A DNA stretch of 47,736 nt from Chromera velia (taxonomy: Eukaryota), in contig JAHBMJ010000426.1 of the NCBI GenBank assembly GCA_018398765.1, forward strand, positions 1 through 47,736. The letters run 5' to 3'. The notes below the pieces were generated by a model that ran no database searches, was not told the DNA's origin, and saw only the letters and a list, made by a program, of their open reading frames with translations. Made by a program: the position numbers and the translations under genes. Numbering within the stretch: position 1 is the first letter of the stretch; every line of letters starts with the position of its first letter. Below, piece after piece: positions 26,034 to 36,563 of the stretch.

Positions 26034-27350
26034 GGAGAAACTCACCAGAGAAAGAAAGAGCCTTCTTCGAAGACGGGCAACCACCCTCTCACCTGAAGGA
26101 GAAATAGAAACAAGGGGGGGAAAGCAGTTTGGATGCTTATCATGCAGGCTTATTTGAACCCTTCTTCGCCGTCTTCAACAGCAAAGCCGGGGCATTCAAG
26201 CAACCAGGACAGAGAAGAGGGAAGAGAGAAACTACACGGCCACGGACAAGGGGGGCAGAGAGAGGCACAGAGGGAGTGAGAAAGAGGAAGGGAGGTAGCC
26301 CTGGGCAATGGGAGGGGGGACCACAGTTCATTTTCTCATTGTCCTTATATTAATAGAAGGAGGCATGCAGACACAACACTCTCTCCTCCGGGTTTCTCCT
26401 CTCCTCGGCAAAAAAGCAAATTTCAGCCTTCCTGACTCATCCACATGCGGACCTGCCAGTGTGAAGAATGCCCCCCTGAGCATTGTGAACACAGATCCTG
26501 CCGTCATGGCGATGACCAACAAGAAAATGGTGCGGTTCAGACGCGCACTTTTGCTTTCTGGGTCCTCCTGGCTGGTCACCAAATTGCTCAAGTCACCCAA
26601 CACTGCAGGCATCACCATTTGAGTCACAGTGCCGGCAAAGAGGAAAAAGGTACCCCAGACAATCAGCCAGAAGTCGGGATTGGCTAGTGCGAAAATTCTC
26701 CCCAATGCCCCCCGCATCTTTGTGAGGATCAGAAACAGACCCACTGTCCCGCCCGTAATCAAACAAACAACCACCAACGTGCCCACCGATAACAACAGCA
26801 CAGTGTTCATTCCCGCCAGCCAGGGAGCGAATTTTTCCAGAAAGTCGTGAATGGGATCCTCAGATCCCCCCCCAGGCTCCACTACGACCTCTGCCTCTGC
26901 ACCTGTAAGCCCTACTCCGTCTCCGTCTCTGCCTGATTTGACAGCCGTCTCCGGACTGAGGGGGACCGGTGGAGTGGAACCCCGGAAAGATGAGGGTTGG
27001 GGAGATCGTACTTCTGTGGTAAGGGCTGGGTGTATGACATCTTCTCTCCCTGCTTGTGTTCCACTGAGAGGATTCGGTTGAAGAGACGGACCCGTCTCTT
27101 GGATAGAGTACACAAAGAGGCTCACAGTGACAAGACTGAGGAGGGAAAGGCCTACCAAGGCAGAGAAACCAAGTGTCTTCCAAGACCGATGCATTGCTCC
27201 CGGACGTCTATACACCTTCCGCCTTGCTGGGCTTCTTGAGTGTTCCCCTCCCTTCTCAAGAGATTCCAGGAAGGGCTCCTCAAAGTCATTCTGTCCGTGT
27301 ATGAGAAAGGAAGGGGGAGTGTCAGAACTCCGTCTCCTCACATCGAACAT
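21084..27350 (-). CDS. ABCB-family half-size ABC transporter (TAP-like/ABCB9/ABCB10 type); 13 exons; 816 aa
   Basis: Exons 27350-26453, 26092-26046, 25765-25647, 25174-24949, 24627-24557, 24372-24219, 23952-23681, 23467-23427, 23210-23098, 22670-22518, 22091-22033, 21607-21458 and 21231-21084 splice GT-AG in frame (2451 nt). Motifs: [23 protein letters not shown], Walker A GPSGAGKST, Q-loop VAQEP, signature LSGGQKQR, Walker [13 protein letters not shown]-loop IAHRLST. Confidence 0.95.
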
Positions 27351-28310
27351 CACAGAGGACGGAATTGTCGAGCTGAAGATGAAGGCTGAAGAAATTCGAG
27401 AGAGCCACGTTTTGTTTCCTGCTCAGACTTTCGAAGCCGACCCTTGGCAATCGATTTCCGTGAATCCTTCAAACGGCTCACGCTAAAATGATACGAAAGG
27501 TCCCCCGTAGCAACGCGTCGTCTTTGTAAGACGTGTATTACTTGTGCCCAGACTATTGCGCAAGAAAATTGATTAGCCGAAGATTTCCCACCAGAAAAGA
27601 GGACGCCACTTTAGGACCATATTTAGGTCCCTGTGAAGGTCAGGCAAATCCCATAACATGCTATCTTGAGCCTGCATTCTTGAGCAACAGTTGCAGGACA
27701 CGCAATCGGGCCGGAGCGTGGGACCGACCTTGAACTCTGGGCCGCGGGAGCACCATGCAGCGTCAAGTTGGGGGCGCGGATGGGGCGCGGCGCTGCATGC
27801 ATGGCATGCTTGCCATTGCTTGCCATGGCTTTCATGCATTTGCGGTATGATTTGCCGCCATTTTGCCGACATTTGTTTGAGGAACCTCCAAGCCGTGCAG
27901 TCTGAAAGGCTGGTGTAAGAACGATCAAAGTGCTGTCACAAAATTCTTCCGTCCGCTTGAGTAGACGGTGACAAACTGTTCCGAAGATCGACTGTGCTGC
28001 CACACGCATACGCAATCACGTATCTTCTCCCACTCCACCTCTCTACAATCTTCCAGCCTGCTCCATCAGGCCCTTTCTCGTCAGGTAGCCGTGAGGTGTC
28101 AGTCTGCAGTGCTCTTGCAGTCGAGCCCTTCTTTGCGTTGGGCGCCAACAGACAGACAGCGATTGAGGCGCGTATCTGCTGGACGACTCAGTGTGTCTGT
28201 CTGACTGTGCCTCTTTGGGGGAAGTTCTGAAGGATCAAAGAAACTGACTGGCTGTCTGCTTACGATCACGTAGCTGGGCACGTGGATCAGGATAGACTCC
28301 AAAAGGGAAG

Positions 28311-30667
28311 ATGGTGCAAGGGAAGGATATCCTGGAGGAGCCTGTGAAGGTGCAATTCAGATCTGCAAAGAAACTGGCTGAAGTGGTGAGTTTGGCAGAA
28401 TTCTATTGAATCGACACATGGTTCGTCAGAGGAAAGCGCCTGTCACTGCAATTTGTGACAAGACTGTTTATTCCCCTCTCTGTACGATTTGCAGCAAGCC
28501 CATGTGAAGTACGACAAGAGCACGGAGAGTCTGGTGTTCTCTTTCGTTGCTGGAGGGAATGACGAGACAGGTGGGTGGAGGCAGAGAGATAAATCGAAAG
28601 TCGAAGGTCAATGTGCTAGTCGTCCCGGGCTTTTTACTGTCTGGATTGCAGAGAAGCTCTGGTCGAAACAGCTTCAGTGGCAGGAGTGCAGACTTTTGCC
28701 GGAGCAATCACCCGTCTACCCCGTTCTTTTTCGCGTACAGTACTAAATGATGAAATTGGGTTGATTCGGAAAGCACAGGAATCGAGTCTCTGTTGCATGT
28801 TTGAGTGCAGTACCGAAGGATGCCATCGAGGTGATCCAGCCACGCAACCACAGAGACCCCCGAAAAGAGACGTCAGGGCTGTTGTCGCCAGTCAACGCAG
28901 AGGGGCACTGCATCGACTTCTCTGTCTTCTGCAAATTCACCAGGAAGGACCAACCAAACGCAAGGCCGTCACAAATCAATTTCACATTCGAGGACGAAGT
29001 GATACGAAACACATGGTGGGTCTTTGTAAAGGGGGGAGAAAAAGAAAGGCAGACAGAGAAGCAGAGGATGAGATGTGCAGGGACGCAGTCATCTTTCTTG
29101 TTCTGTTCGAGCCACTTTGTCAACCGCTTTCCTTTCTTCTCCAGGAGGGACCCCGTCGCCCCGCTTCTTCCTCTCTTCCTCTCAACGCTGCTCGCTCCCT
29201 CGAATGCATTTCTTTCTTCCATCTGAACATTCCAGATTCCTTCATTCTTCCACTGAATTCCTTTTCCTTCCAGGGTCGCTCAAATTGCTTCCGTCGTGGG
29301 GCCAGACAGGGTGAAACCGCTGATGGGGGACAGCCCCACAGCAGCAGGTCAGCCTGAGCTTAGATCGGAATGGCCTGCGCTTTCTTGTGATATAAGGTAC
29401 ATCTCCACTGAAGATTCGTATGGGCAAAGTCTATTCGGATCCCTGATGACAGTCCAGACTGCACCAAGCAAACCGGCGGTCTGAGCGGAATTCGTTCCGT
29501 TCGCATAGCTGCGGAAGGGGGAGAGAGGCGTGCAGCCACACAAGCTGAGAACCTCAGTCGGGTTTCCTCCTTGCACAAACACACGAATACCTACACACAT
29601 ACAGAGCTCTGAACAATGCCTGTTTGGTTTGACTGTGTTCTTTAGACCGTTTTCTTTCTCACGTTCTTGTCTGGTCCTTTGCAGGGGGGGCGGTTGGTTC
29701 TTCAGGGCAGCTGTACAAGCAGGTGGGTGAGTGGGAACGTGCGTTTTAGTCCAAGGGAGGAAATGGGGAGGGAGGAAGGGAGGGAGGGAGGGAGGGAGGA
29801 ACGAAAGACGAAGTCAGACTTCTTGAAGGCAAGGAAAGTGCCAGGCGGCAACTTTGAATCCTAGTTTAAATTATGTGTCTGCATGTCCTGGCGAGAACTG
29901 ACGGAATGGGGCCGGTGCTCCCTGCGTTCAACAGTCAGAAGACCAAACTCATCCGCATGTTTTTGTTTTTCGGCTTCTTTGTCAATTTGCAGATTTTGAA
30001 CCTGAAGCTGAACACGAGCAGAGGACAAAAGGACCCCGCGACAGGTCGGTGTGTGTGTGTTTGTGTGTGAGAGAGAGAGAGTGAGTGTGAGTGTGTGAGT
30101 GAGTGAGTGAGTGAGTGAGTGAATGTCAGTGGGTGTCTGTGGGTGTCTCTGTACGTCTCTGTGTCTCTGTGTGTGAGAGAGAGAGCCTGCTTTTTTGCTG
30201 CAGGGCACAATGAGGGACGGCGCAGTTGACGTGCTTTTGGTCTCGTATTTCTTTTACATCGACCTGACTTTTGGGATCAGTTACTATGAAAAGAAGGGAA
30301 ATGGAGTCGTGCAAACGTCAGGATGGGAGGATGAGGAAAGACCACCTGTGCGTCTTACTGAAAAATTATCGGAAGCACGCTCATTTTAGCATCGCAAAGA
30401 CAACATTGCTGCGTCGTATGTTGCTTGCTTCGTTATTTTATGCACCCACAATCATTTTCTTGAATTTGCTCATCTACATGGGTGACTCCTCACCGTGTTG
30501 TTATTCTGGCTTTCTTGCAGGAGAGTCACTTCTGTTCTCTGTGGGGGTCAAGGTCGGCTCTCTCTCTTCTCTCCCTCGGTCTTCTTTGTCTCTCTCCCAC
30601 TTGTTTCTCTCCCTGCACTCCGCAAAGTCGCTCTTTTTTCTTCCTCCCCCGCCCCCCTCTCGCTCTC

Positions 30668-30712
<45 letters not shown>

Positions 30713-32151
30713 CACTCACTCACACACTCACTCAGAGCGAGAGAGAAAGTCGGAGGAGAGGTTGTCCTGCATGTTTCCTGCTTTCCCCCTTGACTCGTTT
30801 TGAACACACACATCTGCACACTGAACGTTTTGGTGTTCCAGATTTCCGACACTGTGATGTGTCATTCGTTTTCCTTCCCGTTTCTCTCAATTCTTCCTGC
30901 TCACTCTTTGATTATTCGTTCATGTTCGTCATGTGGCATTCCTCTTCTCTATTCTTTCCTTCTTCATTTTTTTTTTTTCAGATCGGACGAGGGACAGGGG
31001 AGCAACAGGAGACTCACGAGTTGAGAATCCCATCATCGATCAAGCCAGAGAACAAGGGGAAGAAGTGTAAGGAGGTGGGTCAGCAGACGGTGTGGCGGAT
31101 GAAAGTCTCTTTCAATCAGTGGTTTTGCACCAAGAGCTTTTCAAACACGCATGCTGCCATGAGTCAGAAAGTTATTTCAAAATTGGAATGATAAATACCT
31201 CCTCAGGTTCAGCGCATTTTTGGGTCGGGGTGTCCAAATTATTTCTGAATTGCCCCTTGAGCCGCAGCGCTTTGGTTCAAAGCTGTCAACAGATACCCTC
31301 TCGTGTCTTCATCCCGATTTTGTTTTCTTCCTGCTGAGCTAAAATCTTCGAACGGACGAACGAACAAGTGAGTTTCTGGTTGCAGCTTGCCAACGCGTTC
31401 GTGAATGAAAACGGAGTGAGCCCGGCGGAGTCGGTCCCTCTCTACAGATACCTCCGGACAGTTGTCCAGGTCGGTTTGTTCCCTTTCTTTTCCGTTGCCT
31501 TCTCGTTTTGTCCCTCTGTTCTCCCCCTCTGCCTCTCTCTCTCTCTGTCTGTGTGTGTGTGTATATATATACGTGTGTTTGAGTGTGTGTGTATCTTTGT
31601 GTCTGCTGTTTGTTGTTGCAGAGAGAAAGTCTGCCGGAGGTCGTCGATTCGATCGTGAAGGATCTCCGCGAATTTGCCTTTGCGGGTCTGTCTGTTCTTG
31701 TGTCTCGTTTGGTCTGGTCAGGTGTGTGTATCTGTTTCGTCTGTTCTGGTCTGTCAAAAATGTTTCCATGGGCACTGCCGTCTCTCTCTTAGTTTGGGGC
31801 TTTTTGAAGAGTCGTTCATCTGTCAGAAACTCCGTCCGTATGGTTCATGAGCTTTCTCAGAGTCTGTCCTCCTGCCGTTTTACATGTGGTCGACGGGAAG
31901 AGGATGCTTTCGTTTCTTTTCCTCTGTTTCTGTGTATGGTTCCAAAGCAATTCTCCTCGGTCTTGATTCATCTCCCTACCTAGCGACACCAGCTGCTGGT
32001 TTTCTTCTTCACGCAATGAAACCACACATTGTGTGTTGTGCCCCCTCTGCTTTCTGTTCTGTGCATGCAGAGAAGAGGTCCAAAGCCCCCCCTCAGGAAA
32101 GCGGTAAGCCATGAGAGAGACAAAGAGCGCATGACGGAGGGAGATTGACTG

Positions 32152-32184
<33 letters not shown>

Positions 32185-32713
32185 CAGGAAAATCAAAAGT
32201 GAGGTTTTGATCCTGCTGTTCTCAAAAAATACGCACTGTCCCTTTCCACGTCTTCGTTTTCTTTTTTTCTCTTCGCTGTTCTTTGCTGTTCTCTCACCTC
32301 ATTTCACGATGTACGTATGGAAGCATGTATAAATGGATGGATGGATGGATGTATGGATGAATGAATGGACGCACAGACGGACGACCGATGCATATGAACG
32401 AACGAACGAACGAACGAATGCAGATGACGACGTGCTGGAGAGCTGCAACGCGGACCTGGACGCTCTCCGAACGGCCCTGCCGATCAAGGTCAGTCAGTCA
32501 GTGAGGGAGGGAATGAGTGAGTGAGTGGGGAGCCTGACTGTTTGTTGTTTAACATGAATGCAAAGGAGAGTGAATGAGACTGAACGATGAGGTTGTGCTT
32601 GTGTGCTTTACTCGCCCCTCTTGCTCCCTCCCAGGACACGCTTCCTTAGTACTTTCTTGCCTGCCGCCCTTCTTCTGACCCTCTGCGGCACCTTTGTCTG
32701 TATCTTAGAGTCA

Positions 32714-32745
<32 letters not shown>

Positions 32746-32837
32746 GTTTTTCTCACTTACTCATTCACTCACACACTCCCTCACTCACTCACACACTCAC
32801 TCACTCACTCACTCACTCACTGTCTCTCTCTTCCTCT

Positions 32838-32874
<37 letters not shown>

Positions 32875-33303
32875 TTGATCTTTTTTTATTTGTCTGTTCT
32901 TCTGCCCCTCCCCCCCCCCCATGCAATGCAACGCGTGCAGTTGGGACTGTCCAAAGCGCCCCCGAGTGGGAAGGCCATGGACTCCTCTCACGGTCCGGCC
33001 GTGGCTCTTGTCTACGAAGCCCTCAGAGAGTCCATCGACAAGCAGAAGGCAATCAACAATGCTTCCATCAAGTCAGTGACTGGAAGAAGAAGACATCGGA
33101 TATGCAATTGATCTCAAGACATCGAATCGCTGATGGACCAGCAAGGCTATCTGAATAGTGCTTCCCCTCTCCCCCGCCCTTCCTTTTTCTTACTCTCTCT
33201 GCCGGTAAAGAGTCGGTTGACAGCAAGCATTTGTTCTAACACCTCTGTCATTCATGATCGCTTTGACGCATGCAGGATTCGAAGAGCGCAACCTGAAGGA
33301 TGA
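28311..33303 (+). CDS. Multi-exon hypothetical protein (~349 aa) with an N-terminal PH-like domain
   Basis: Hand-built phase-consistent GT-AG model: 28311-28385, 28495-28570, 28811-29015, 29274-29347, 29685-29722, 29993-30044, 30521-30552, 30982-31074, 31386-31469, 31622-31685, 32071-32103, 32424-32488, 32941-33071, 33276-33303 (1050 nt). INFTFEDEVIRNTWVAQI resembles the terminal PH strand and helix with its conserved Trp. Exon 3 choice and the last exon are uncertain. Confidence 0.72.
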
Positions 33304-33847
33304 TTGATTGTCTACTGATCGATCTGGCTGGCCGAATTGAAACAACTTTATCGATCTGCCTGCACCCGCCGTTGGTCTCAATGAATGCTGATTTGGAATC
33401 GTTCAACCACGAGTGAAAAAGCTTTTTTAAGTACCCTAGAGGAGTACCACTATAAAAACTGCAATAGACAAATGGAAGTGTCCAGTTTGCAAAGCGCGTC
33501 ATACTGACAAGGGAAAGCAAAACAACCGGGAGGGTCCCCTCCCTGGTTGACTTGGATTAGCATTGTACGACAATCCAAACATAAAACTGCAACCCTCGCT
33601 GCAACCATAAAAGATTGTGCTACAAAGTACTGTATACTAGCTGGCTCAGGTTCGGTGGGATAGGATAGGATCGGATTGATGTTCCGGGTTGCCCCGCGCA
33701 GTCCACTGCAGGGCTTCAACTTGTACCCTAGTTTGCACCGTCGAGAGGTCCCTCAGATACAAGCTCAGACGACGTGATAATTGTATAAACTCGTTGAATA
33801 TCGTTAAAAAAAAAATCTTAGTTTAGTAGCTGAATAAAGCTTCAGAG

Positions 33848-34793
33848 TAGTGACCATGTTTGATTTGATTTGATTTAAGGTAGGGCTTAAGCTCAAATCA
33901 AATATCCACTCAGGGAGCACCTAGTGTTTAAAGACCTATGAAATACGATCAAATATTTGATCAATATGACTTTCAACCTCAAATATGAAGGTCCCGAAAA
34001 AACTTTTGCAAGTACGGATCCGTCACGCATGCTGATTCAAATAAAAAAAAAAAAATGGTCCGTGCAAAAGGGGGTAAATGTGATTCAGTGTCAGGTGAAA
34101 ATACAAGGAGCGGAGGGGGAAGGAGAAACTATTTATGGCTGTGAGTATGCAGCAGCGGCAACCAGTTCTTTTCAAACCCACCTCATCAATCAGCATGGCT
34201 TGACGATCACGTCTGACAAACATGTGCAGCTGCTCTAAGAAAGACAGGAGAAGTGGTCGGAGGGGGCGGAAGGGACGAAGCAGCCTGACGTGCGAACGTT
34301 TTTCCCCACCAAAGATGAAGCAGAAGCCATGGTCACACCATATACAGAGACGCATGAGAAGAGAATCAAGTGCGATATGCTGACCACTGACTTTCTGGCC
34401 AGTGCTGGCTGGCCTCATCTCACAGAAAACAAGACATTGCGAAAGCTGGTCAAGGCACTGGACCCTTGCTACGATCTCCCGTCTGTGGGGAAGGTGCAGA
34501 GACTTCTGCTCCCAACACTGAAGAACGAGATTATTCTGTCAATCAAAGACAGGTTGAGAAAAGCAGCGACCCGACGAGTGTCGATCACCCTCGACATGTG
34601 GTCGCATTCAGGAAAGTCAGGGTTCCTGACGATCATAATCCATTGGCTGACAGAGAACTTTGAGATGGATTCAGCCTCTTAAGAGGTTAACCTCAAATCT
34701 TACCTCAAATATCAAATATTTGAGATTGAAGCTCAAATTAAATTAAATCAAATCAAATCAAATCAAATATAATCAAATCAAACATGGTCACTA
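33848..34793 (+). mobile_element. Internally deleted, non-autonomous hAT DNA transposon, 946 bp
   Basis: 23-bp TIRs tagtgaccatgtttgatttgatt / aatcaaatcaaacatggtcacta, a perfect 8-bp TSD cttcagag (33840-33847 and 34794-34801), (tcaaa)n subterminal repeats and an internal transposase fragment. Confidence 0.95.
33957..34682 (+). pseudogene. hAT transposase N-terminal fragment (BED-like finger to the first catalytic Asp)
   Basis: Two ORFs share one frame and are separated by a single TAA at 34236-34238. Motifs: TSSFQTHLINQH (BED-like), LRKLVKALDPCYDLPS and VSITLDMWS...GFLTIIIHWL. The sequence is truncated before the rest of the DDE core. Confidence 0.9.
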
Positions 34794-34814
34794 CTTCAGA
34801 GTTCAAATTCCTAT

Positions 34815-36563
34815 CTACGAGTGGACACTAAAGTTTTAAAGTTTTTTTTTATTAAAGTTTTTTTTTTTGCCCTCTATAGACTTTATTTTAAAAAAATATT
34901 TTTCAATTAGTTTTTGAATAGGTCGTTAATTAAGTCAGTCATAACTAAACTAATTAACTAGCCTACATAGAAAGTAGTAGAAGCTCAGTCTATTTAAGTT
35001 TGGATTTATGTTTATATTGGCAATAATCATCGGCGATATGCTAGGCAACATCGATCGGATCTAGCATCAGATAAAAAGTGATCGAATGACATCACGGATA
35101 AAAAGTTCAGATATACTTGCAGTGTCTTGCACTGCGGAGTGGACAGTTACAATCATTAGAATCAATGGATTCCAGCTTAGCCAGGCAATGCAAAAATTCT
35201 TTTTTATCCAGCCACTTGGCAAGTGGTGAGGCACATTCGAGACAAAGAGAAGGGTACAGAGGACTTGAAGTTTTTTCAGCACTTCGTGGCTGTCGAGTGG
35301 GTGGAAGACTTTGAATTGGCAAATATCAAAGATGTTATGCCAATGTTGGCATACATTGAAAAGAGGTTAGGAGTGGGTACTAAAGTTTTTTTTATAATAT
35401 AGTTTGCCTGAGAAACTTTAAACTTTAACTTTAAAACTTTAAAAGTAAACCTAGAAGTAAACATGCAATCAGACATACAAAAGTTGATCTAGAAGACGTT
35501 GCTAGAGAAGTTGATTTCATTTATATCGTTGCAGACAAAGTTAGTGCTTTATATAAATCTATGTAGGAAATACTAGGCTGGCCAGAGCCTGTATGGCTCA
35601 CCGGCTTTAACCTCATACATCATCCTCATCATCATATATGCTAGCATATATGACTAGATAAGTGATAAGTGATTTAATGGTGCCCTCTAGGGTGCCCTAG
35701 AGCACTGTCGCCATTTTTTCTTATAGAGGTCGCCGCTGCAAAGCGACTAGTTATGTATAACTAGGTATACTAGTTATGTAAAAGTTTCAGAACTTTGAAA
35801 ACGATGCATATAATGCATTTTTATATTAATTATAACTCTTAGAAAAATTTTTAGAAATAACTTTGATATAAATTCAAAGAACCGGCAACTTTGGTCCTCT
35901 AGGGTCCTTCTCTAGAAAGTCTACTGAGTTAGTAAGTCGCCGATGATTATTTCTAATGTGAACATAAATTTAAACCTGAATAAACTCAGCTTCTACTACC
36001 TCCTATATAGGTTAGTCAATTAGTTTAGTTATAACCGACGTAATTACGGACATATTAAAAAACTACATGAAAAATATTTTTTTAAAATAAAGTCTAGAGG
36101 GCAAAAAAAAAACTTTAAAATTTTAGTGTCCACTCCTAAAAAAGAGGCCTGGGGGGATAGCGGTTACAAGCAGCCACCACCGTCTTTTAGGAGAAGTAAT
36201 TGTGGCAAAAAAAGAAGTAGATTTTCTAGAGAAGGACCCTAGAGGACCAAAGTCGCCGGTCGTTTGAATTTATATCAATGTTGTTTCTGGAAATTTTTAT
36301 GAGAATTATAATTAATATAGTAATGCATTACATACCTCGTTTTTAGAGTTGTGAAACTTTTGTATAATTAGTACATCTACTAGTATATAAAGTGGCAAGT
36401 TTGCCTGCAACGATATAAATGAAATCAACTTCTCTAGCAACGTCTTTTAGATTAACTTTTGCATGTCTGGTTGTATGTTTACTTTTAAAGTTTTTAAATA
36501 ATTAAAGTTTAAAGTTTTACAGGGAAACTATATTATAAAAAAAACTTTAGTGCCCACCCCTAG
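34815..36563. mobile_element. Older non-autonomous TIR element (hAT-like) hosting a nested relative
   Basis: Termini ctacgagtggacactaaag ... ctttagtgcccacccctag. Flanks attcctat / attcttgt match 6/8, consistent with a decayed TSD. Confidence 0.7.
35367..36139. mobile_element. Non-autonomous TIR element (hAT-like, 773 bp) nested in opposite orientation
   Basis: Termini ttaggagtgggtactaaag ... ttttagtgtccactcctaa, with a perfect 8-bp TSD aaaagagg (35359-35366 and 36140-36147). Three internal blocks are inverted homologues of blocks in the host element. Confidence 0.85.
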
